From Adineta vaga (Eukaryota > Animalia > Rotifera): DNA of 64,000 nt. This document shows, piece by piece, positions 13,195 to 24,405 of the stretch (its first letter is position 1; every line of letters begins with the position of its first letter). The notes beneath the pieces were generated by a model, which did not search any database, was not told where the DNA came from, and saw only the letters and a program-made list of their open reading frames with translations. Both the position numbers and the translations under genes were made by a program. The stretch spans positions 5,084,001 to 5,148,000 of the forward strand of contig CP075493.1 in NCBI GenBank assembly GCA_021613535.1. The letters run 5' to 3'.

Positions 13195-14883
13195 TCAAAG
13201 AATTACTAGATCATCAGTTACTATAGTTGAGATATCTTCAGTTTCATATCCATCAGTTGAATTACTTCGAGATCTACCAAGATTTGGTGTACGTAAGGAA
13301 GAAGTTAATGAGCGAGATGGAATGATAATACAAGCAACATCACCAGCATGAGGTGGTCCATTATTTGTTAAACGTAATGGTGCTGGTTCAACTTCAGCAT
13401 CAGATAATGTCAGAACTTCTTCATCAGACATTTTTCGTGTAACAAGAAAAAGACATCTAAATAGACAAAATATGACTTCAATTCTTTTACTAACATCTTT
13501 ATTAAATACTTACAGATTTAATATACAAGGGATGACACAAAATCCAGCACCAAGGAAGAAAGTAAAACTTCGAAAATTAACAACTGTACGTGCATAAACC
13601 CAATTAAATAAAGATGTACCAAATGCAGTGATAATTGTATTGATTTCTGTTACAAATGTAAGTGCATTTGAACGTTCGTGCGGTTGTAACCATTTCGACA
13701 TCATTGATATTGATAATGAACCTTGATAACCAGAAAATGAACTTAATAATAATCCAGCATATAATTCCCAACCGTAACGAGCAAATGCTAACCAAAGAGT
13801 TGATGAAAAAAAGAAAAGATTACTGATGAAACAAATAATTGCATCATTAGCACCAGCATTTGTTAATGCTTGCATACCCAGAACACTTAATATTGCATAT
13901 GATATAGCAGCAAGAGCTGAATAATTACCGATACTTTTCGATGTCCAACAAAATGGTTCATTGAGTAGATACCAAAGGAATGGTGCAAATGTAGCAGATG
14001 CTAATGTATAAAATATATTGGCAAATAAGGTAAGATATATACTTGTTGATTTTTTTCGTGAACGTCGATTGACTCGAAATACTGTACAGACTTGAAAGAA
14101 ATTACTACAAGTATTTGATGAGAATTCTTTAAATTCAACTTCATTTGGAGAAGTTAATAACGGTGTTTGTTCATTATCATTTGAATGAATCGAAGATTTA
14201 AATAGAAAAATAGCTACTAAAATTCCAAGAAATTCTAAACCTAAACCCATCCAATAGAGATCAATATATCCACGCCATTCAATATAATAGCCAATACCAA
14301 ATGTGGCAATTGCTGCTAATGCTGTTTGTATGGCACCAATACGTACAAAACGTGAAGATAGATCATTGTCAGATGTACTGTCCGTGATAATTAATGTTAC
14401 AATAAAACTTAAAACACTACTTGAACCTGAAAAACCAATAATAATAGCTGCTATATACCACCAATATTCCGGTAAATTGAAATAGATAATTGCTAACCAA
14501 ATGGCAAATTGTATAAGAGTACCAAGCATAGGTAAAACTAATACAAATCGTTTACCTAATTTTGGTGTATATAATCCAAGAAGATAAGTCATAAGTATCA
14601 TTGGACAACTACTAATTAGATTTATCCAAAAAAAGAGTTCAGCTGATTTTTCTTGTGCCCATGATTGAGCATTATTCTCTGGCGTAATATCACCTTCGAC
14701 ACACTTGTGATTATTTACACTGAATTTTGACAATGACAATGGAGTTATCGTTGTAAAATTTGCTGTACTATTTGATGGAATCGGATATATTCCAAGATAA
14801 TAACTATAAATATATTGTCCAATTGTTGTTGATAAACAAGTACACAACGTTTGTAGAGATAAAGTCACTTCAATATCATACAT
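13195..14883 (-). CDS. MFS transporter, SLC46 (PCFT/SLC46A3-like) family; intron 13457-13513
   Basis: About 12 hydrophobic segments, a large glycosylated first loop, LLNEPFCWTSKSIGNY and SMMSKWLQPHE motifs; second exon joins in phase. Confidence 0.75.
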
Positions 14884-14976
14884 TCCTGTCAGTTGTCACC
14901 TAAGACAAAATTTGTTTTGATTTTTGATTTTAACTACATAATTCTTTTCTATTATTTAAATAGATAGATATCAAAA

Positions 14977-14986
14977 GTCACGTGCC
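14977..14986. promoter_or_regulatory. E-box / CLEAR-like element GTCACGTGCC upstream of the SLC46-like gene
   Basis: 9/10 match to GTCACGTGAC, about 95 nt upstream of the ATG. Confidence 0.3.
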
Positions 14987-15117
14987 ATGATGATTGTGAT
15001 GTGATTGAATAGTTGACACAGACAGGCGACATAGTAAAAAACGAACTGGATTGTTCTTTAACCAATAGAATTTATTCATCGAACTGACTGTCACTACTAG
15101 ACGATTGATTATTCTGT

Positions 15118-15696
15118 CTATCTTACATGAACAAGTGTTAGAATAGATGTGAAACAAATTTGTGTAAATGTTACAGAAAAAAAGGTAAGAAGTACAATTT
15201 TTAATTTCTTAGCAGAAGGTTGACATTGATCAAAGTGAAAATAGGTTTCATAACACGAATTTGCTGCTAGATTAATTGATGAAAGAATCAAAGCAATGAT
15301 TAAAAGTAGACATGAAACGATATGAATAAATTTAAATTGTTGTAAAGACCATTTCGATTTTTTTGAATGACTGATAAATAAAATGAGATAAATTCCAAGA
15401 AGAATACATAGAGCACCTGTACCTATTCCAACAAATGGAAGAGATTCATTCATACTAATTAGAAGAATATCACAGATAACTGCTGTTAAACCAAGAAGAA
15501 GATGAAATAAAGCAGTTCCAAATATATATCGAGAGAAATAAGTTGATAAAACTATGAAAGAAGTAGACAAGGATGAATTCTCTTGATGTTCAATTCGAAC
15601 TTCAGGAATAACGTAAATTGACGATGGAGGATATAATGAATAAGCTGGAGGTGGGCCATAGATTTCATCTTTTGACATCGGCCAATCGGTAATCAT
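15118..15696 (-). CDS. Small four-TM membrane protein (CD20/MS4A-like topology) with N-terminal PPxY motif
   Basis: 192-aa intronless ORF: PPPAY, four hydrophobic helices, Cys pair in the second extracellular loop. Confidence 0.6.
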   Translation of the reverse strand: MITDWPMSKDEIYGPPPAYSLYPPSSIYVIPEVRIEHQENSSLSTSFIVLSTYFSRYIFGTALFHLLLGLTAVICDILLISMNESLPFVGIGTGALCILLGIYLILFISHSKKSKWSLQQFKFIHIVSCLLLIIALILSSINLAANSCYETYFHFDQCQPSAKKLKIVLLTFFSVTFTQICFTSILTLVHVR

Positions 15697-16101
15697 TCCA
15701 CTTTTTTATTTCTATATTTAACAAGTAATGGTATGCACTGATGCAACAAAAACTATAAAAAAAAAGAAAGGAAATTATATCAAAAAAAGAAAGAGAGTAT
15801 ATAAAGTAATGAAGTGTGAGACAGAGAAAGAAGGACAAATGATTGAAGGTCATTGTGCAATATGCATGAGTCGAGGAGGGTAAAAGGATCATTATGACGA
15901 CAAAATATATATTTATGTACATAGTCTAAGGACAAGAGTTCATTAATCAATTATATTCTTTCGGTATCAAATGGAATTTCGTCGTTCAAGGATATATTTT
16001 ATTCAGTCATAAATGATATTGAATATCTACTTAGTGAGATTAAAGATTGTCAATGCCATTTTGACGATTTCATTTTTTCTTAGGAAAAAAAGTTCTTTCG
16101 C

Positions 16102-17598
16102 TTAATTTCGATTATTTCTTAAGATTTGAATAGTTGTTACATCTAATTCTCGTGCATATACACGAATATCATCCATAAAACCTTGATATCCATTATTACA
16201 TGTCGAACAAGTTTGTAGACAATTGCCCAAAAGCATTGTATACGTTTGACTATTCGATGAAGAATAGAAAGATTGTGTTCGATTATACACTGTTCCATTG
16301 ATGTAAAGTGTAAGACTTTGATTCGTTGTTGAATATGTGTGAAGAATATGAGTCCAAACATGTGGAGTAAGTATAGGACCCGATATTGTTTGATTGTATT
16401 CAGTTCTTAGAATAAGTTGACCTTGATTATCCAATGAAATCATATTCCAACATGTAAAATTGTCTGAAATATGAACGATTGTACTATTATTAGTCGTAAA
16501 TGGATGAACCCATAAAGAAATTGAAGACGATTTATTTGTGAGAACGAATGTTTCAATATCAAAGGATGAAAATGTTTGATTAAATAGAAGAGTATTATTC
16601 ATACTACTAACGTTTTTCGGTGTTCCAAATATTACATTTGGACCAGAATCAAGAAATGAACCATTTGTAAAAGAGAAATAGAAAACAAGTGTAGCATCAT
16701 CCAATATTTCACTGGAAAATTTCGGTCGATTGACGTACGATAGTTGATCCATGTATCCAAAAAACATTCGTCTAGGACTACGATCAAGTCCATTACCAAT
16801 AGTTAAAGGAATAGAATCCATTGGATTCAATCTGCCAGCAGACTGATTGGAATCAACTTTGCCATTGAGATAAATGAGTTGTCGAGGTACTGTAGCATTA
16901 TAAACAAAAGCGATATGATACCAAGTACTGATACTTAAAATTGTTGATCCAGAGCAATCATTAGAATAAAATCCGAGAAAGCTGATGTTACCTTTAATGG
17001 TTAGATGCAAACAATTACTTGAGTTTGTATATAAACACTGACCTACGAGGTTTTGGTGTTCTAGAGTATTAGCAATTTTATTAATATAAATCCACATTTC
17101 GAAAGTAAAACCATTGGATGTTAAATTAAGATATGGCGATGATGCCAGTAGATATTGAGAACCATCAAAATTAATAGCTGAGCCTCGCCCGTAAATACCA
17201 GGCGAAACAAAAGAAACGTTTCCGTTTTGTGTAGTATCAATTTGATTCGAACTTTCATAAATATTTCCGTCAAATGGCCAAAAAAGACTGACGAAATCTA
17301 TCGGTGGTAATTGCAAGAAGTAGAATGTACTATTAAACGTATCATTTAGATGATTTCGACTTGACTGTAAATCTTTTCCAAATAAATAGCACGTTCCATT
17401 TGATCTGTAACAGTTCATTGAAATGATTGTACCATTTGAATAGATCATTGTACATAAACATTGATCACATGAACCATAAAATAGTGTTGGAGATATACTT
17501 TCAGCAGTCAAAGAGACATTGTGTATCAAACCAATTTGAATACTTTTAGTACAAATGAATGTTTGTATTAAAACAAATAAAACGTTTGGTGCGAACAT
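16102..17598 (-). CDS. Secreted protein with Cys-rich N-terminal module and two LamG-like (concanavalin A-like) domains
   Basis: Signal peptide; FTFEMWIY, WYHIAFVY, IYLNG, FFGYMDQL repeated as ISLWV, WTHILHTY, LYING, GFMDDIRVYAREL; many N-x-S/T sites; intronless. Confidence 0.85.
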   Translation of the reverse strand: MFAPNVLFVLIQTFICTKSIQIGLIHNVSLTAESISPTLFYGSCDQCLCTMIYSNGTIISMNCYRSNGTCYLFGKDLQSSRNHLNDTFNSTFYFLQLPPIDFVSLFWPFDGNIYESSNQIDTTQNGNVSFVSPGIYGRGSAINFDGSQYLLASSPYLNLTSNGFTFEMWIYINKIANTLEHQNLVGQCLYTNSSNCLHLTIKGNISFLGFYSNDCSGSTILSISTWYHIAFVYNATVPRQLIYLNGKVDSNQSAGRLNPMDSIPLTIGNGLDRSPRRMFFGYMDQLSYVNRPKFSSEILDDATLVFYFSFTNGSFLDSGPNVIFGTPKNVSSMNNTLLFNQTFSSFDIETFVLTNKSSSISLWVHPFTTNNSTIVHISDNFTCWNMISLDNQGQLILRTEYNQTISGPILTPHVWTHILHTYSTTNQSLTLYINGTVYNRTQSFYSSSNSQTYTMLLGNCLQTCSTCNNGYQGFMDDIRVYARELDVTTIQILRNNRN

Positions 17599-17934
17599 GA
17601 TTAATAACTCAATGAAATGAACAATGCCACGTTCGTATCTTCTTTATGCACGAGAAATAAATTTGTATTTGATTACAAAAAGAAAAACAATGTTTGAAGT
17701 ATTTTTTAGCTAAGAAAAGAAAATTATGCTGGATATATTGGCATATTTTCATCGTTACAGACAACATCAATTCTTCTTGAATTTTTAATAAACCAAGGAA
17801 AACATGATCTCGTTTTTTTTTATAACTTTGCATTTATTGTAATAAAAAGTTTGCAATCAATTATCCAATCATGATTAATAACGATAAAAAAAAGAAAAAT
17901 ATTAGGTCAAAATCATATAGAAATGTGATGAGAA

Positions 17935-19653
17935 TCAAATCCAAATATAAATTGTTGTATCACTTAATCGACAAGTATAATGCAACTGTTGTAAGCATTG
18001 TTCCAGATCTTCAACAGATGTACACTCATCATTATATTCTCGTTCTTGATCATCGAATATAAACCAGAAATTTGGCATGTATTGAAAGGATGCAGTAGAT
18101 AAACGTTTGAATCGATCAAGAAAGTTAACGGTCAGTTTTGTTGAACATCGACGTTTTACATGTAAGTGCTCGATATTTGGAAATGCTATGGATAATTCTT
18201 TAATATTATTATTGTTTATATTCGTATCATAACATGTTATTTCTAGTTTTCGTATATTTTCTAAGACTCGAGACCGAATGCAATCGAATAGATATTCTAT
18301 ACCATTCGAAATAGATATGTGATATAAATTTGGCATTTTATCTATGAACTTCATCAATGGAAAGTCGTTCGACGTTAAACTGATAATTAAACATTCAATT
18401 GTCTGTAAATGAAGTGTTTTTTCAATAATGGATAACGTCCAACAATCAACGAGAGATAACGTTTTTATATGCGTAAAATAATGGTTAAAAGAACGGATGT
18501 CGTTCAAAAGATACAATGTTTCCGTCAAATTATAGAAGAATGTATCATCGGATATCGTTGAGCAAATTGGAAGAGGAAAATTTTCATACAAGACTTCTTT
18601 ATTGAAATCAGGAACAGAGAAGAGCCGTCCGTTCTCACCAGCAACAAACCATCCTTTTTCTTTCAACCAAAATGACGTGCGAAATGAATCAAGATCATCT
18701 GATTCTATGGGAGTAGTTAGACGGAATAAGAATTTGAAATTCACAAGATCTTTTGCTATCATTTGTAGTCGATGACCATCAACGACATCGCGCTGACAAT
18801 TAGCAGTTAATTTCAAATGTTTTAAACGAGGAAGATTGGTCATCAATCGTTCGATATTATTGATCGACAGATTCGAATCTAGAATTAAAACTATAATAGT
18901 TATGTTTGGGAGCAGATAAAATGTTTTACCCGTTATCTTTAGAATGAGTTGCTTGAGTTGGGGCAAAGGATAGATTATATCTGGATATGAACTATCGTAA
19001 GGAAATGATGACTCGAAAGATACAAGTTGTGGTGCCACAGAACAAATATGTTTAACTACGACAGCTGTTGATCGGATGAGTATTAAATGACGAAGACAAG
19101 GAAATTCAATTGATTCTAAGTAATCTCCATGACTTAGTCTTAGTCGATAGAGTTGAGGTAATATTGGCGCATAAATTTCAGCTAAATATTTATCAAGTTT
19201 TGTAAGTTCCCTTGCGGATATTTCGGAAATCCAAGAATCGCTTCGATTTGGACTAACGTATAAAAATGTTCGTAAATTCTTTAACTTCGAAATTTGCGTC
19301 ATGATACATTCCCAAAAATCTGGTCCAATATCAACTAATCTCAACAATCGCAAGTGTTTAAATTGATTAATTTCAAAATGTGATAAGAAGAGTTGAACAA
19401 GTCCAGGAGTATTTTCATCATCGGACAATGTCAAGCCAGTAACTTGATCCGGTATGATATGTTGACAAACAAGGTCAAAATTTGTTCTACTAATTGATTG
19501 AAAATCAACTTGATAAGCTGAATAACTATGAACAATTGCATCCAAGTAAGACGTCACATTAAGAAACGTATAGCATATTTCATGAGCAGAAAAATAATTA
19601 AATAATTGATGAATAAGTTCTACTGGTAATCGATCCAATCGACATGCATTCAT
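17935..19653 (-). CDS. F-box / leucine-rich-repeat protein; probable 51-nt intron 18879-18929
   Basis: N-terminal LDRLPVELIHQLFNYF (F-box-like), LxxLxL repeats, LDSFRTSFWL...WFV motif. Confidence 0.8.
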   Translation of the reverse strand: MNACRLDRLPVELIHQLFNYFSAHEICYTFLNVTSYLDAIVHSYSAYQVDFQSISRTNFDLVCQHIIPDQVTGLTLSDDENTPGLVQLFLSHFEINQFKHLRLLRLVDIGPDFWECIMTQISKLKNLRTFLYVSPNRSDSWISEISARELTKLDKYLAEIYAPILPQLYRLRLSHGDYLESIEFPCLRHLILIRSTAVVVKHICSVAPQLVSFESSFPYDSSYPDIIYPLPQLKQLILKITGKTFYLLPNITIIVLILDSNLSINNIERLMTNLPRLKHLKLTANCQRDVVDGHRLQMIAKDLVNFKFLFRLTTPIESDDLDSFRTSFWLKEKGWFVAGENGRLFSVPDFNKEVLYENFPLPICSTISDDTFFYNLTETLYLLNDIRSFNHYFTHIKTLSLVDCWTLSIIEKTLHLQTIECLIISLTSNDFPLMKFIDKMPNLYHISISNGIEYLFDCIRSRVLENIRKLEITCYDTNINNNNIKELSIAFPNIEHLHVKRRCSTKLTVNFLDRFKRLSTASFQYMPNFWFIFDDQEREYNDECTSVEDLEQCLQQLHYTCRLSDTTIYIWI

Positions 19654-19920
19654 TGTGATTCAAATATCGGCGAAAAGAGAACTATTTGACAGTGTATGTA
19701 TCAACAGCGTGGAATTTTTATTTCTCTTTCTACCATGGTGAAGTAACTACATCTCCTGTGGAAAAAACCAACTATTATTCACTTATTGTGAGTTGTTTTT
19801 TTTTCTCAACAAAAATGAGAACATTGAGATGTAACTAAAAACTTGTCGGTTTTCTTTTTCGCAGCATGTACAATATGTCTGATTTTCACATCACTAATGA
19901 CTATTGTATTCTCTTGAGAC

Positions 19921-19945
19921 TCATCATCATCATCATCATCATCAT
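19921..19945. repeat. (CAT)n microsatellite
   Basis: Direct trinucleotide run. Confidence 0.8.
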
Positions 19946-20046
19946 CTCAAAAGATTTTTTTGATCGTAAAGAAAACAAAAAAAAAATCGAATTTTATTCT
20001 TTCAATAAATAAATACACTGTGCACAAAGTAGAACAATAAAGACGA

Positions 20047-20858
20047 CTAGAATCGAACAGAACGAATGACATTTGATGATTGATATTGATTGAAAGGTGT
20101 TAATGATAAATGTGTAAGTGGTAATACAAGTGTAACAGGAAGGATATCCGGCATGATTGTATGATGAAGAACAAGTGTACTTAAATTATGAAATGTTCTT
20201 AAAGAGCCCTAAAGACGAAAATATCAAAAGAATGAATATTTATTACTATCAAACAAACTTGTAATCGATAACCATCATGATTAATTGTTGATTCAATAAG
20301 AAAATGTTCAATAGATGATGAGGTCGTTTTCAATGATAAAACAAATGGATATTGTCGATAAGTATAACTGTGTCGAATAAGAAATGAACCAATTGGTTTA
20401 CGTTGATCATTTAAATATTCTTCACAAATCGATCGTGGTAGACCTTCTTGATACCAAGCAGCAGCTGATAATAATTCATCATCATTAATAATGGAATATT
20501 GTTCATAGTCATCAACGGACATCGATATAATTGATTGTGTATCCGAATGTGTTTGATGATCAATTTGTGAACGTAATTTGTTGATTTGTTCATCTAAATT
20601 CCATACACTTTCGTAGATTTCGCTTTCATTTTCTGTACTAATATGAACTTTTGAAGAGGCGAAAAGTGATGCAAGACTTTTATGTCGAGATAATTTTTCT
20701 TTGAAATATTTCGTTAAACCATTTCGACGATTTGCTGATGAGAATAAACTTAAACGTGATCCATAACCGGATGACGATGATAATGATACTGATGATGATG
20801 AAGTATCTCGATCAAATCGAAATGAATCAGTTGTTTGAAATCCGTCTATCTGTTGCAT
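20047..20858 (-). CDS. SH2-domain adaptor (tensin/SH2D5/EGFRAP-type C-terminal SH2), two coding exons
   Basis: WYQEGLPRSICEEYL...GSFLIRHS...FVLSL...IEHFLI; second exon gives FHNLSTLVLHHTIMPDILPVTL; N-terminal Ser-rich region with YESV/YEQY Tyr motifs. Confidence 0.8.
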
Positions 20859-22342
20859 TTTAATCTAGAAAAATGAATACAAATTGTTGGCATTCGATGA
20901 TAAAAGAGACTGAGTGTGAAAGTTTTCAAACACCGAATAGAAAGGGCAAAGAAAAGTTTGAAAGAATACAAATGTGTTTCATCAAATAATCAAGAGAGAA
21001 ATTGATGCTTTTATATGTATGAAAGCATCTGTCTGATGATTGTCACCAATGTATGAACCGCAAGAGAAAAGAAGAATGATAATTCAATTGAACTCCAACT
21101 GTTTTTATCAGAAGAGAATCATTTCCATGTCTCTCGCTCTCGTTTTTTTTCTGTTTCTTCTCTTATCACGAAAGAAAGAAAAACATCGTCAAATGGGCTC
21201 ATCAAATGGTTCAATCGTGTCTTTCTCTCTTTATACACGCGTGCGCGCATGGATGATTGATTGATCGATCGATCGTGTTCTGCTCGAGAAAATATCTTTC
21301 ATTTAAATGCCCTTGATTTTTTTTTCTTCTTTTTTTCTCAGTAATGCTCGATTGATATGTGATAAGCGTAGCCATGAATCGAGGGAAAAAAAGAGATAGA
21401 TAGATAAACATCTGTTCATCTTTCACTGACAAAGAATATATATGTATAGGGAGAGACAGAGAGAAAAAAAAAGGACGAGAATGAAGTCTCTTTGTACTAT
21501 TGTTTTTATTTCAGAACTTAAAACAATACAGGAAATATGTAGACAGACGTGCCTAGAGCAATTATTGATGTATTTTTTCCACTTGTCTCATTCGATCTTA
21601 TTATCTTCTAATGAGTTCTGTACCAATGTTGACCGATATTGAAATAGAAGAATGACGGAACTAGGTGGACAGATTGTTATTTTCAAAAATGAAAATAATG
21701 ACAATTTGCATGTGCCGATTGGATCGATTTAAAGATGAAGAACGGAAGCGACAATACATTCACATCATCAGATCAGTCAATTGATAACTATTGAATATCC
21801 GTTTGCTTGACAGTTTTATTGTTAAGCAAAAAGGAAATCGTTTATTATGAAGTGATCTAATCAATGTATTGAACATAGAAAAATTCATGATTATGTTTCG
21901 GAAACAATCTCAAATGATGTGAGTAGTTAATTTTTCGTTTTATTGACATAAACAAACAACACTTCGATTTCGAACGGATTAAATACAAAAAACAGCATTT
22001 GTTGTGATTGCAGATGAAGTTTCACTATATTATGTATCTGAATACTATTTTTATAACCTTTGTTAAATATAATTATTCTTTTTTTAACTGTGCCAATCAT
22101 ATTTTTTGCTTGCAAACGTAAGAAGAAAGAAACAAATTCTTCATTTCTTTACGACATACTGTTGTAAACGTTCTTTTTTTAGAAGAAAAACTATTTCTGT
22201 TGTCAATGGTACCAATGAATTTCTATGACGGAAAATATTTGAGTCGTTTTTTCTTTCTTTTCTTTCTGACTGTAGTGAAATATAAAATGTCACTTTTTTC
22301 TGTTTGTGAAAAATATCAACGTACTCTGTTTGTCACGAGAAA

Positions 22343-22910
22343 ATGGCGAATACATTGACCGAAGCGCAACGTCAAGAATTGAAAGATGCATTTAATGTAT
22401 TCGATACAGGTAGATAAACTCTAGGATCATCTCATTCAACTTGTTGAAATCCACCTCTGTTTTCATGATTTAGATGGATCAGGTAAAATATCTGCAACAG
22501 AATTGAGTAGTATATTTCGAGCATTGAATGTTAATGTGAGTGGTCAACAATTGAATCAATTAGTTAAACAAATGGATTCAAATGGAAGTGGTATGTTGAT
22601 GAATATGTTCATTATTTGATGTGTTTTTTTTCTCTTTAATCTGTAAATAGGACAAGTTGAGTTTGATGAATTTGCACGTGTAATGGCTGAAACATTCTTT
22701 AAGAAATATTCTGAAGATGAATTACGTAGTGCATTTCGTCAATTTGATCAAGATGGTTCAGGTTATATTCAAGCGAATGAATTAGAAGATATTATGAGTC
22801 GAATGGGTCGACGTTATAATAAAGATGAAATTAAGGCAATGGTTTCATCATTAGATAAAACAAATGATGGAAAGATTGGATTCGATGAATTTATTCAATT
22901 ATTTCAATAG
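22343..22910 (+). CDS. Calmodulin-like protein with four EF-hands, three exons
   Basis: ELKDAFNVFDTDGSGKISATEL, MDSNGSGQVEFDEF, FDQDGSGYIQANEL, LDKTNDGKIGFDEF; too divergent to be canonical calmodulin. Confidence 0.92.
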
Positions 22911-22952
22911 ATAGTTGTATCATTTTCTTTTTTATTTCTCTTAAAAATATAA

Positions 22953-24405
22953 TCATTCACCAGTATTCATTGGCGTTGGTAAAGCAAATTGAACCATTGA
23001 ATAGGGATAAAGAGAAAATTTAATTTCATTAGAATTCTTTCCTAAAATAAAAAGAAAAACTTTAAGAAAAAGATAAAAAACAATAAATGAGTGATTGACC
23101 TTGCTGAGAACGATGTTGATCTGAGGAAAAAAATGGAATATGTGTACGAAAATTTCCATTCCGAATTGTATATATAAGTGGATTCCATCTACTCGATAAG
23201 AAAAAATAAAAGAGTTTTGTATTCATTCAGAGTGATAACAACATACACTAGACTTGTTTTAGCAAATAAAGCTGGAATTGTATCGATGATTGGTGGAAAA
23301 AAATTTTTACCATAAATAATTCGAATGAAAACAATAATTGCATAGGGTGTCCAAGCAATAAAGAATCCACCTGAACAATAACTTATTATAGATTTCAATT
23401 TGATTCAAATGAGTCTTCTTACCAATAATCATCGTTATTGTAAAGAGAACTTGACGTTGAATTTGACGTTGATGTCTTAGTCGATTTTGATTGTAATTCA
23501 TCATTGTATCATGCCATTGATTACGAATCTTCATAATCACATTCAAATCTATCTCTCTTTCTCTTATATTCACAAGAAAATAACTTACAGTTGAATAAAT
23601 TTTTATATTTGTAATCACAATAATCAATACTGGTATAAGATAAACAAAAATAAATATGGTTATATTATAACTAACGATATTTAATGATCTTCCAATCCAA
23701 TTAATACTGCATGAAATTCCTATACCCTAAAATATTCTAAATTATCGAATAGTTGATTTTTTTTGTCGAAAACTAGACCTCATAATTATAAGAAGACCAA
23801 CCAGCTAATGGTATCAACGCCCAAAATAAGGATAATAAATAAGTACTAGCAATTGCAAGATAAATTGGTTTCGTTTCAATTCTTCGTGTAAAAAATGGTC
23901 GATTGATTTTTCTATATCTAATGAATGGATGAAAACGAAATATTCAATCGGCTCTTTTAATGACAATTCTACCTGTCAATTGATATTAAACAGAGCATAT
24001 ACATATTTGAGCAGCCAGCAAAATAAACGACGATCGCTTCGAAAACACAACCAGCATATGTAAAGATCCATCTAATGTATCTCTTATGAAATTAGTTATA
24101 ATGAAAAAAAAGAAGAAGAAGTTTTACCGGCAATAGATAAGTGAAAAAGTTGGTAAGGGAAGTTCAAAACATGATCCAATGAAATCTGCAAATAATAAAC
24201 CACCGATAAGTAAATTTGTTGATGATTGACGTAGTTCTTTGTTACGAATTAAGATATAAAGTACTGAACCATTTAGAATGGTTCCAGCAATCCAAAGAAC
24301 AAGAAAATAGTAGCCAATGAATCGCAATATTGAACAAAATTGTGGGTCCTTCGTTGATAATGACAGAGAGTTCGTGGACAGAAATGATATATTATTTGGC
24401 ATCAT
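22953..24405 (-). CDS. Opsin (retinal-binding GPCR, probably xenopsin/ciliary-type), seven exons
   Basis: Spliced: GTILNG, ADF, GCVFEA...SIDRY, GWSSYNYEGIGISCSINW, FFIAWTPYA, PALFAKTSLVWNPLIY (Lys296 equivalent at 23258-23260), RNGNFR. Confidence 0.92.

Noticed and set aside
21040-22115. Several 60-75 aa ORFs between the SH2 and calmodulin-like genes
   Set aside because: Low-complexity AT-rich sequence with no motifs; likely promoter or UTR DNA.
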